This document shows positions 10,795 through 22,550 of a stretch of DNA of 64,000 bases, one piece after another. Positions within the stretch are counted from its first letter, which is position 1. Every line of letters begins with the position of its first letter. The notes under the pieces are model-generated. The model had not been told where the DNA came from. It was given only the letters and a program-made list of their open reading frames with translations, and searched no databases. The position numbers were made by a program, and so were the translations under genes. This DNA comes from Camelus dromedarius (taxonomy: Eukaryota), in contig NC_087438.1 of the NCBI RefSeq assembly GCF_036321535.1, forward strand, positions 3,846,001 to 3,910,000, written 5' to 3'.

Positions 10795-12769
10795 TTATGA
10801 GGTGCAATAGTGAGAGGGATGCGTGAGAGACACATCCCCAGTTTTTACCCCTTAAATTTCCAGATGTGTCCACATTGCCTCTGGGGGAAATAGTGCTGTA
10901 CAACCTGTTCACTGGACTTTAATAAACATTGCTTCCTGTAAGACGGTCCTTCAGATTTTTAGGATATTGTTTCTTAACTGAAATCATAATTAAAAATTTA
11001 GTAGATCGGTTCACTGTTTCGTCTGACCATCTGTCTCTCAATGGCAGGCTGTGGATGAAAGCCAGAGGACTCTGTGGACACGAGCATGTGGCTGTATGTC
11101 TTGCTGTGACATTTGTTGCTCAATTAGGAGCCATGGAGTGAGGTGCCTTAATGGTGAATCAGGCATTTCATACATCCACAGATGTCGGTGCTGGCAGAAG
11201 CATTAATCAGGAAGTCAAATCCACACCCAGAATACATGTCTATTTTGGGACAGACACATCCCTTTCCCTTCCACCGTGGAAGGCATTTCATATAATTAAC
11301 TTGGCACAAGTACTTGAATGGTCCCCTCAAGGAATGGTGGCCATGTCAGGGCACAGTGCTGTCATCAGGCAGAAACTCATCAGTGGCAGGAGACAGAGTG
11401 GCATCACTGAGAGGAATTCCAAGTTGTTGAGCCGTGCGTTGCCTCGTAGCAAATGTCATGCCATTTTGTTTGGCGCTGGTGTGGCTGGGGAAAGGACACG
11501 TGGTGGAACAGGCCGCCTTATCTACCTGGTTTTCATAGCCTCTTCTGCAGAGATGCCTGCTGGTAGGTATTCACTCAGGTCTCAAACGTCTTCACAGATC
11601 ATGCCCAGCCTGCGAGACCCCTCCATGTACCTACTCCCCAGGCATCCGGCCAGTTCATTCCAGATCCCTGACCATCTAGCCAACCGCTGGCTGCAGCTTG
11701 TAAACCAGGTGGAGCCCTTTCTCTGCTGTGCTTTAGTCAAGAAAAAGTGGACCATCTACTATACGACATGGGAAGATTTTATCTTCAACCCTGGTCATTT
11801 ATGAACATCTCTCTATGACGCTGTAATGCTCCAGTCGTCAACCACTGATCAGGGCCACTAAATTATAAAACTATCTCTGTATCAGGGCTGATTAGTAGTT
11901 TTGTTCCAATTCAGCCAGTCATAGGGAGCTCTGTGTGAGGTCTCAGACAGGAGGCAATAGAAGAAATAAGTTCCATGAGACTCTGAGGCAAATGGTCATG
12001 CGGTTTGCTGTGCTTCCAGGATTTGATCAAACCCTGTATCTTTTATGCCTTTGCCATTTGATGATGGATTTGCTGTTGCTCACATCAGTCCTGTGGCTTG
12101 TCAACCACAAGGGCTCAACAGCAAGCTGGAAAGTACATCTTAAAAGCAGAATGGTTGTCTGAGACTTTGTTCCACAAACCTGAGGTTCTGTGCCGCGATC
12201 CATTTGCTGGGGGCACGTCATGGCTGCATCCAGCTTCCCTTCTTGCTGCAGGTGCTTTGAATGCCACTGGAGCTCCTGGCTCCTAAGACCCGTGTGGGAG
12301 AGCAGGTTAGCCATAGATGGACCACAATAATGTCGCAGAGTAACCAAAACTGTCACCTTTTCCCCCCAACACGATTAAAACATTTTTAACAACCCTGCAC
12401 GGACTTGTCCACAATATAAATAACTTAAAATATCAATTACTTAGTTATTTAGCGCATAATGAACTCATTAGACTGTGTATGCAATATCGTACAGACACAG
12501 AAGCAAATTTTATTTTTCTTTTACACTGAAAGGAGCATAATAATGAAGTAATATGTTAAACATACATAAATAATGCAAAAAGAGTTTGCAAAGTCAATTT
12601 TATACACAAGGCAATACTGAAATGAAGATTTCTTAATGAATAAAGAAAGTTGCTTGAGTAGGACCTGGTGATGAAAGGGGCAAGATAGAGGACTTGGTTC
12701 CTGGTCCTGTTTGGTGGAAGGTGAGAGTGGACAAGAGTAGGCAGGTGAGGGGGTGAGTGAGACCGGCTG

Positions 12770-13076
12770 AAGTAGAGCCAGAGTCATTTTCTTCTGAGGC
12801 GGCGGAGAGGATCTGATCCGCGCCTCCCTCCTGGCTTCTGGGGGCTTGCTGGCCACCTCTGGTGCCCCTGGGCTTGTGGCCGCAGATCTCCAGCTTCACC
12901 CAGCATTCTCTTTGTGTACCTGCCTGTCTCCACATCCAAGTTTCCTCTTTTCATGTGGACATCAGCCGTACTGGATTGGGGTCACCCTAACGACCCCAAC
13001 TTGGTCAGCTGCAAAGACTGTTTCCAAATAAGTTTGTACTCACAGGTACAGGGGGTTAAAACTTCAATATCTTTTT
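12770..13076 (-). mobile_element. MLT1B/C-like LTR
   Basis: 'cctggcttctgggggcttgctggc...ggacatcagccgtactggattggg...gcaaagactgtttccaaataag...ggggttaaaacttcaatatctttt'. Confidence 0.85.
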
Positions 13077-13077
13077 C

Positions 13078-14450
13078 ATCTGGTGTATTTTCTGCTTAGT
13101 CTTAGAATCAGCCATTTCTCTAAGGAGTCTTTCTCCCTTTTGTTGGAGAGTGGTGTCAGAAACTGAGATCGGGGTGCATGGTGTGCTCTTTGCTACCAGA
13201 GTGTCTGTCTAACGTTTCTAAGCCCTCTCAGCTGACAGATCAAGGAAACGTGTGTGCATACTACCATGTGTATGCACAGGCCTATAAATACTTCTGTATG
13301 TAGCCATACATCTAAGTTAAGCTAGATATGAGTTTGTATTGATGCCTCCAATCCTAACCCTTCACCACATGGGTCATTCTAGCCTCCTGCTCTGGCTTGT
13401 CCTGTCCACTCCACCCCAACAGTGAGAAGCGTGGCCTCCCTCCCACTCCCCACCATCCACTTACACAATCGTTCGCACCCAGTTTGCGCACAGAGTGGCA
13501 GCGAAATTGTACATCTACCCCCTCATCGGCAACAACTTTATCAACTAGATAAAAGTACTGTTCCCTTTAGTCTTAGAAAGTCACTCCTCCTCAGCTACTC
13601 GTCAGCACCTTTCCCTCCATCCCCTTCACACATACGTGATACCACTATATTCTTTTGTCACAGCCTTCCTTCCTTCCTGAGATCCTCCAAAACTCTTACA
13701 TGACTTTTTAAAATTTGCATATATTAAAGTTCACTCTGTGTGCTGTAAATTTCAATGGGTTTTGACAGGCATTTAATGTCACGTACCCACCATTACAGTA
13801 TCACATAGAATAATTTAATCTCTCTAAAAATTTCCCCTGGAATTCACCTACTCATTCTGCTGTCTCTTTGAATCTCTGGCAACCACAGATCTTTTTATCA
13901 TCGCTATGGTTTTACTTTCACAGAATGTATCGTGATGGGAGTCATACAGCCTTTTCAGACTGACATCTTTCATGCAGCAATTTGTTTATCAGATTCACCA
14001 ATGTCTTCTTATGGCCTGATAGTTCTTTTCTTTTAAGTGCTGAATAGCATTCTGTTACTTAGATGGGCCACAGTTTATTTACCCATTTACCTATGGAAGG
14101 TCATCTTAGCTGCTTCTAGTATTTGGCAATTTTGTATCAAGCTACTATAAATATTTATGTGCAGGTTTCTGTGTGGACAAAAATTTTCAGGTTAGCTGAG
14201 TGAATGCTTAGGTGCATGATTGCCGGATTGTATGGTAATACTATGTTTAGTTTACAACAAACTGTCAATTGCCTTGCAAAGCAGCTATACTACTTTACAA
14301 ACCCGCCATTCCCAAAGTGGCCGCAACACGTTGATTTCTTCATTTGCTGCAGAACTGAATGAGAGTTTTTGTTGTTCCAAGTCCTTGCCAGCAGTTTATA
14401 TTGTCAGCTTTTTGGATTTTAGCCGTTTTGATAGGTGTGGTATTTCCATT
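13078..14450 (-). mobile_element. L1MD/L1MC-like 3' region
   Basis: 'cttagaatcagccatttctctaaggag...', 'aagttcactctgtgtgctgtaaatttcaatgggttttgaca', and 'cacagtttatttacccatttacctatggaaggtcatcttagctgcttctag'. Confidence 0.85.
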
Positions 14451-15584
14451 GATTTTTGGGGGGTGGGGCGGGTTTCCATTGATTTTTTAACGTAATGTTT
14501 TTCGTAAAAATGGACTGATAAACTAGAGTATCTTCTTAATGTCAAAATTCTTCCTTCAGTCCTTCTTCAAGTACCAGAATGTCCATCACTGCCTCATACC
14601 AGCTACCACATGTCACATGCCTTGAATGCTTTCATAATTCTTGGGTTCACAAGCTTTCATGGAAAAGCAAAAGAACAGACATTCATGTTTGCATAAAAGA
14701 CCAGCGCTAGAAGGTTGCCTGGGAGCGTTGTCAGGGTAGACGAAGAACGAAGTCAGAGACCTGTAGTCTCGCAGCAGCTGGGCTATTCGAAAGCAAAGGA
14801 CATGTCACCCCTATTGGCAACTGGGCTACCAGAGTCAAGGTGGGAACAGGAAATTCCTGTGAAGCAGCTCCTCGTTACCACTTCTTGGAGTCAGAAATCT
14901 GAGCCTATGGAGAGGGGAAGGCAGTGTTTCTAGCAGTTTGGGAAATGGGTGTCCAGTAGACTCTCTCTTCTTACACTGTGAACATGTCAAGACCCTTGGA
15001 TGCTCTGTCATCTCTCTCATGATACTGCTTCTAAATGCCGTGGGTGTGGTGGGGGGTCTGCTCTGCCTCCTGCGTGAGTGTAAATGGGCATCAGCACGGC
15101 TTTATTTTTCCAAATCCTCAGTATCTGAAATTTTTGTATTTCACCTGTTCCCTCTAATTCTACGTGAAACTGGATAGTTCTTTTCTGAGATTAAATCTTT
15201 CTCACAGAACCTGGTAAAACAGAACCAGGACAAAGAACTCACATACGACTTGGCCTCACAGCCTCTTTGCCTAGTCCCACAAGTTCAGTTCATCAGATTA
15301 TTTACTACTTTTATTTTATCAAAGATGATAATTTGACCAAATGTTTTGCTACCACCTAACATAGATAGCCATTTTTCTAGCCTATATTTTCCTATATTAG
15401 TTATAATTAACATAACTTTTTATTCATGAGGTCTTGTTATTTCCATGAAAAACACTGAGGCCACTTTGATTTTTAATTACGCGAGTTTGCAGTTCCATAG
15501 TGCTCATGACACCCAGAACCGAGGCCAATGCCATGTAATTTCTCTGTTTGTTAGGACAACACCTCCCTTCTGATACCAAGTTCT

Positions 15585-15725
15585 GTGTTGGTAACATTTT
15601 GCAGTGATGATGATGCACAGATCTTGGTGAATTTCTATAGCAGCGTTAGTTTCTCGCTCATGAGTCTGTGAGTTGCTGGAGCAGTTTTTCTCAGGCTGCA
15701 GGTCAGATTCAAGTCTGCTCCAGTC
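15585..15725 (-). mobile_element. Old MLT1 (J/I-like) LTR fragment
   Basis: 'ttctcgctcatgagtctgtgagttgctgg...caggctgcaggtcagattcaagtctgctcca'. Confidence 0.5.
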
Positions 15726-17994
15726 CCTGCCACTCAGTTATAAGCATTAATACTTTTTTTTTTTTTTTTTTTGGTTTGCCAAACTTCAAGTCTTTAACGG
15801 CACTTTACTCTGGGTTTACAGTATAATGCATATTTTATGCGGCGGAAGGCAATCCTATAGTTTTATGATGAGCTCTGAACTGAGATGAAACCCATCTGGT
15901 GGCACCTGTTACTTCAAGTGTGGGGACTGGAATCAGCCAGTGCAGGCATTTCCTCTGGTTGTGATGTTGATGACTTTGATGTCAGCCATACTTTCCACCT
16001 CCCGCATGCTTGGGCGTGTGTTATCCGACAGCAGGATAGTGATAGCACAAAGAGGACACCTTGGCTGTTTGGCAGATGAAGGAGGATCAGCAGGAACCTG
16101 TTTTTAGGTGACCTGGCCATGGTCACAAAGCTTGAAAGTGGGACAGTTACAGCTTGGACCAGCCAGGTGTCTGGCGCTGCACCTGCACTACTCTGCCACA
16201 CACACACCTTCTCCCTAGAAGGTGGCCTGTCACTGAGGGGGCAGCGTCCACTGGGCAGGAAGGGCAGGAAGCAGTCTCAGACACTTCACCTGACACTTCC
16301 CGGCACACGGTGCTGTATTTCTTAAGTAGCGAGATCTGAATAGAGATTCTTAGAGCTGAGAGACGATGACGCTTTGACCGTATTTGGCCACTGTCTGGTC
16401 CTCTACACCATTGTTCTGCGTCTGTGGTGCTGTGGTTGAAATATTTGCAGTTAAAGTGAAGTGTTATCTACCCACACAAGCTCACATTAGTTTTAGTCAT
16501 CAGGAAAAAATTCGAAGGAAAAAAATCAGTTTCTCATGAGTACAAATTACTTCTGGGGTGACCTTAGATTTCCAAATTAAATTATTTCAGCAAAGTTTGT
16601 GCATGGTTCCCAAGCATGAGGAAATTATTTAGGAGATGTTTACTATGGTCACAAGAATTGCACATCTTAATACAGAGCTAATCACAGTATAATTCAAGTT
16701 ATTCACAAAATATTAATCTCAGGAAAAAGTTGTTGCCAAAATATCTTACTTGCTTTATATTTGGTATCTGGGAGATAGCCCAATCTATTGGGAATTTAAT
16801 ATTTATAACCCTTAGAGCAATTTAAGCTGAAATGTTTAAACTCAGCATATTTTTTTGAGACCTAACTGTATTGATTCATTAAAATCTAGACTGCTTGTTT
16901 AAATGTTTTATAAGGTTTGTCATATAAATGGACTAAATTTTAAAAGTCCATTTCTTTAAGGAAGTGCAATTACACTGCTCATGATCTGTTTCAGTGTTAT
17001 AAATCCTGCACAATGTTTTGGTATCCACAGATTTTGTGAATTTCCCACACTTAGTAGTTTCTTGTTATTTTGAATAGAAGTATTGCAATGAATGCTTTTT
17101 CCCCCCATGTTTTGAGATGCAGTGAGATTGGGAAGTCTCTAGGGAGCCTGGACTTGCGATGAGACACATTCATGCGGCTGAGGCAGGCAACGTCCATGGG
17201 TATGAGGCACGGGAGGAAGCCCTGTCTGGCCACGTGAATCTCCGCACAGGATTTAATGAATATTTATGTCATGGAGGAATGGTGTGCTGGGGCCACAGGA
17301 GTTAAGCACACTGAAGCATCACAGGGCTCTGAGTCAGAGGCTGTCAGAGAACAGTGATTTTGCAGTTTTCACAGGTTGAGACAGTCTCTGTCAGCAGAGG
17401 AAGTTCTGGTCCCAGGGGAATTTCCAGGAAAAAAGCTCAGATCCAAGCCTAGGTTGTAAAGATATGGGTGCATGGTGTTAGATAAAAACAATCTGGACTG
17501 AGGCAATAGTGACGTATTTAAGATCATTTGAAAAATCAAAGTCGGGCACCTGTGGTTCAGGCATCCAACATGGAGCCTAGGGCCACCGTGCAGGTGGTCT
17601 CGGACACATTCCTGCACCGCTGACACCTTGAATTTTCTGAACGGTATCAAACTCAAGGTCACCACCAGACATTTTCAAATGGATATCTGCTAGCAGCTGC
17701 CAGATACAACCTTGTAGCTTCAACGCCCCCTTTGCTTCACAAATATGTAGCCGTTTGAAATACCAACCAATCCTTGCTTAATAAGCACCCTTCTCACGAG
17801 CTCCAGTTCTAATTTCTGACAAACAATGTATGTGGTTTTTTAAATTTTTTTGCCTTTATGAGCTTCATCCATTCTGTAGGCCTAAGGAACACATTTCAGT
17901 GCGTTTCAGGCTGCAGTCCAAACCAACCTCAAACAAAAGCTTTTTTTTTTTTTTTTTTTTGGCTTCAATCAGATCTCCTCTCTTGGAATTCTTG

Positions 17995-18490
17995 GTTAAC
18001 AGCAAGGAGAGCCTTGTTCATAGGGATTACTGCAGTAAGGGAGGGGTGTACTGCTGTAGGGAGAACGTTCTGACCCCAGGACCGCCAAGTTTCTCAAAGA
18101 GTAGACAGCAAGGCATCCTCTTGTGTAGAGAGGAGTGGACAGGACAACAAGGACCTGGGTGTCGGGGTGGGCGCCCTCACGGGGCAGCTAATCAGGTCTT
18201 TCCTTGTAGGTTGCTGATTCTTGGGAAGGGCTGTCTGCTGGCTCAGCTAGGGTGGGTCAAAGTTCAGAGGCCTGAGGAGAGGAGAGATGTTTGGACGACC
18301 CAGGTATCTTGTCCAGACTGGTCAGTGAGCACAACAAATTCAGCTAAACATTGAGGAGGCAAGGAATGGGGACTGGGAAGTCTGTGCTGGGACTTCTCAT
18401 GAATGAAAAATGGGGCCACCCCAGAGTCTTACCTAAGTCAGCTGAGGAAGAGTGGGTTTTTGCAGTGAGCTGTTTCCTGAATCTTGGTGA
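17995..18490 (-). mobile_element. ERV1-class solo LTR (MER89-like)
   Basis: The reverse complement contains 'caggaaacagctcactgcaaaaacccac...gacttaggtaagactc...ccccattccttgcctc...ctctgaactttgacccacc...ggtcagaacgttctccctacagcagtac'. Confidence 0.7.
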
Positions 18491-18789
18491 GCAGATTCTC
18501 ACACTCACACCACGACTGATCTTGGAAACTAGAGTAGGGGTGGATGGATGGGTTCTAGTCATGGAGAAGAATGACACCCAGACCAGGAACCAGGAAAGGC
18601 CGGGCTTGCAGTGATGGACAAGACGTGGGCATGAGGGGGTCACACTGAGGGGTCCTGAAGCCCCCTTACAATGCTGAGCCCATTGTAGAGATTTCTGTAG
18701 ACGATCTTCTTTCACTGCTGCACAACAACGTCTCAAGTCAGAAAGTGAAAATAAATCTGTTGTGACAGCAAGAATGACTTCATTATAGA

Positions 18790-19045
18790 CACAGGTACCT
18801 CTCATTACCCAAGCTTAAACCATTCCTGAATTTTCAGAAAGCGGGAGACTGTTCCATTTCACATTGGAAAAAATATAATGTGTTTCATGGTTCCTAGGCC
18901 AACAAAAATGTCTGCCCACCAACTTCCCTAAGTACCATTAAAACACATTTAAATGTATAAATAAAAGTCCACTGAAGGTTTGTGCAAATTATAAAATAAT
19001 TTTAAAGCCAGGTACATAATTATTTAACATTTAATGAACTAATAG
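18790..19045. mobile_element. Possible Tigger-family fragment
   Basis: Begins 'caggtacctctcattaccc...gaattttcagaaagcggga' and has an AT-rich body. Weak match. Confidence 0.25.
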
Positions 19046-19079
19046 AGGTTTGCAAAATATGATGCAGACACAAATTGTG

Positions 19080-19345
19080 TCTTCTTCCTGCCCTGAAGAC
19101 ACATGCTGTTGTGCCAAGTAAAGAAATAACAAACAGTGTGCAAATACTGTCTGGTGGTTGCAAACGGCACCCCAGAAATAAGAGAGCAAAGCAACTAACA
19201 CCGTGTTCTTTCTGATGGAAGAGTTTCTTGGGCGGGACTTAAGCTGGGGGAGGGGGAGAGAGAGGCTCTGTGGTCACAGCTGTTTGGTGGCGGGGAGAGC
19301 AACACTGAAAGGGTAAATATGAGGGCTGTTCATGCAGATCTGAAG
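19080..19345 (-). mobile_element. L2 fragment
   Basis: Purine-rich degenerate sequence, 'ttcctgccctgaagac...aaataacaaacagtgtgcaaatac...ggggagagcaacactgaaaggg', typical of antisense L2 3' region. Confidence 0.4.
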
Positions 19346-20211
19346 TGTACAGAGAGCCACTGGGTGAACAGCACTCAGACATAGTCATGATACAAGTATA
19401 CGGTTTAGGATCGTTGGCACTGTGCTTGGAATTGCATTTTTGAAAGTGGCGTTTTTATTTATCACTAGCAGTCATGCTGGCTGCATGATATAAATCCTTT
19501 AATTGGTGTACTTAATCCTTTCATTGCTTTTTCTGGGTGGTGCTTAATTTTAACATTTATTTAAAAGCTTATCAGTCTTTGAAGGTTAATTTTTTCCTTC
19601 TTTCTAAAGCAGGCATAAGGTTCTTTCTACCTTCGATACTCTTCGGGCTATGTTATATCACACCTAGATACAGATATTTCAAATGTCCCCTGTTGAATCT
19701 GACTCTGGCATGCACTCAGAGCGCACGTGGGAGCTGTCTTCCTCCTGAGGGCGTTTCTGAACCGTCATAACTGCAGACCTTCCCTGCTCCCTTCTTTCCA
19801 ACCCTCATCCCAGGTGAATGTTGGAGTGCCTCCGTTTATCTTTAATCTCTTTTAGGATCATTTCTATATTTCCTGTCTCAGTATTTCAGTCCAGTATTTT
19901 GGTACTTCTAATTCTCCAAGGACCTTCTATTATCCAGTAGTTATCTTGTTGGTATTATATTGTTCATACTTTTTAATTGTCCTTTAAAACAATCTCTGTC
20001 TGCTTGTCTTGTATCTGACTTTTTGTTTTATCTTTCTTACTACGGCTTCTTTGGATGACAGTCCTCCTTTTGGAAGACTGTTCCGTTACTTGCATTTTCT
20101 TTGGAATGACTGCTTCCTTCGGTCAAGTTTGTGAAGTTCAAACACCCATAGAATTGTTCTTCTTCAAGTGCATGGGGACTTTGGTTCCTAAGAACATCTC
20201 AAGAAAAGTTC

Positions 20212-20372
20212 TGTGTATGGTGTGGGTGTGTTGTGTGTGTTATGTTGTGTGTATGTGTGTGCATGGTGTTGTATGTGGTGCACATGGTGTGTGTGTGGTG
20301 TGTGTGCTGTATGTGGTGTGTATAGTGCGTGTGCATTGTGTGTAGTGTGTGTATGAGTATTTGTGTGGTGTG
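20212..20372. repeat. Degenerate TG-rich microsatellite
   Basis: About 160 bp of interrupted (TG)n. Confidence 0.9.
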
Positions 20373-22390
20373 TTCAGTTTCCTCTCCTTGTTTGCACACA
20401 GTTATCACTGTAGCTTCCGTGCCCACCAGGTGTCGAGTTCAGAACTGTCGTATCAGCATCCCCTGCACACACACCCCCCCAGCACTGCAGGTTTACAGCA
20501 GGTAAGTGAGTCTCACTCTGTCCCTGCTCACAGAGGCCTCTGACCCACTGCCCCTCAGGATCGGTCACCCATCTGACTCTGAGGAGGTCTGCATTTTAGC
20601 TCCTGCTCAACACCTCATATTGATCCTGAATCTACTTCACAAAGATGCTCATCTTGTTTTGAGTGAAGGTATGCTCTTTTAACCTATCTTGTAATTCACT
20701 GTCATTTTTATCTGGAGCTGTAGAACTGGGCAGCGTGCAGTGGGGAAGTTGCCTGAGGACTTGAAGTGTCTTCTGACCAGACACCTCGTTTTTTTGGTGC
20801 CTGCATGATGTGCTTGAAACTAGGGGGGCTCCAGCTAACCTCCCGGAAATCTCTGCCCTGATACCAAACACAGGCAGCCCACACTGGCATCTGCCAGGTG
20901 ACCAGTTCTAGAAAACAAACCCAACAGGGACAGTGTTGCAGCGTCCTGCCAAGTGGAGGCCTTCAATAAGAATCAGACTGTTGATCCAGCAGTTTTCCCT
21001 GCTAACATGTTAGGGAGAACCAGGTTGATTCTATCTCAGAGACTTGGAGCTTGGTTTGCAGTAAACAGACAGGGCGAATGTGTCTAACTCGTGGTCGGCC
21101 TCATTGGAATTGGAATCGCCTTGAAATTGAAGAGGGGCCTCTGCTTCCCACCTGGACTTCTATCCCCTGTAAATTTAGCCAAAGGTCACTCCAAGAGTAA
21201 AGTGCCTGCTCCCTCTTGTGAAAGCGCGCTGTCACCATAAAAAAGACAGCTTACATTGCAGAATGGGTAAGTGAATGTAGGAAAACTGAAAGGACTCTGA
21301 GATATTCATGGAAACAAGCATTCACCTGAGACACTAAAATGATCATGAAATAGATGCATTTTCTACTTAGTTTATAAATAGAGAGTTTCCCTGAGACTTC
21401 CCCCTGCTGTTGCGATGCTTGTCTCTGTTATTCAAATACTCACAGGCTGGCCATTTTCGAGGTAAGGGGCCTGGGGTTTCACGTGACCCCTGGCTTTTCC
21501 TTGTGTGGTTGTCCTCCTTTGTCCAGGGCTTAGCGGTGAAATAAGGACAGAAGCGCTAGCTCTCGGCTCACCTCAAGCTTTGGGCTGGGCTGCCTTCCTC
21601 CTGGTTTTAGAACCTCCGTGAACACAGGATTTGAACTATTTCTTAATTGTAGGAAAGCCTGTTCCGTCTGTGGCATCTAGTGTGGCAAAATCCATGGATC
21701 CAAATCCACATAAGTTGCCAGTTAACCCTAGCTTTGTAGGGAGAACGTGTAGCATTATTTGAGATAAGAACTGCTGTAAAGTAAATGATCACTGACTAAG
21801 ATAACATGGGGAATGAGTCTTATGCAAACAATTCCTAAAGATGACAATGTGCCCCTACCTAAAATAAAATAAAAATGCATCACGCACCATGGGCCCTGTG
21901 GGCAGACTTTGAGGCCAAGTGCCAGCGCATGTCATGCTCGGACCGTAGGCTCAGGTGCCCAGGAGTGGAGCTGCTCTCTGAAAGTGCAGTCTGACTCCTC
22001 TGGGCCCCAGACTTTGGCTACTCAATGTTCTCCTTCAGATGGTATCAACCTAGTACTTTCCAGGACAAACATGTAATTTTACTTTATTGGAATTGAGGAC
22101 ATGCGTAACACCCTACCCCATCTTCAGTATTCAACGTTACATGCCGCTTCTTTCCTGATCTTATATTTGCCCCTTTTCCTAACTTTTGGATCTCTCCACT
22201 CTCCTAGCAATTAAAGGCAGGTTGTGTTTGTAAAAACCACGCCCTACTTGACTGATTATTGCAATTTAAATCTTTTATGTCGAGCACCTGTGACTTCCTC
22301 TACTATCGCTCTTTCTGTCTCTGTTGAATTGGTTGAATCATGAAATTGGCTTGGATCTGTTATTCTCAGTCATTATGAAGAATATGTCAA

Positions 22391-22516
22391 ACTTCTCTGA
22401 AGTGGAATAGGATTTCTGTACTGTCTTCTTTACAAATAACACCAATTTTGACAGTCACCCATGGATAAGAGTGCTTTTGTGGAAGTCCAGCAGAGAAGTT
22501 CCAGCACACAGTTGGA

Positions 22517-22550
<34 letters not shown>

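Larger units (their letters stand above)
9430..12365 (-). mobile_element. Degenerate ERV-L internal region (RT-connection/RNase H/integrase/dUTPase), interrupted at 9649-10093 and ~10106-10794
   Basis: Minus-strand ORF 11148-11330 reads QVNYMKCLPRWKGKGCVCPKIDMYSGCGFDFLINASASTDICGCMKCLIHH, matching the recalled HERV-L integrase core QVDYIGPLPSWKGQRFVLTGIDTYSGYGFAYPARNASAKTTIRGLTECLIHR. Minus-strand 9586-9648 reads KRGMIPPGHTAMTSLN, matching ERV-L dUTPase EGGMLPPGDTTMIPLN. Many stops and frameshifts. Confidence 0.85.

Noticed and set aside
11151..11804. 217-aa plus-strand ORF
   Set aside because: It lies antisense to the decayed ERV-L integrase/RNase H and has no recognisable domain. Most likely a chance open frame.
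16926..16953. 9-bp inverted repeat AAATGGACT/AGTCCATTT
   Set aside because: Short AT-rich stem, expected by chance in 64 kb.
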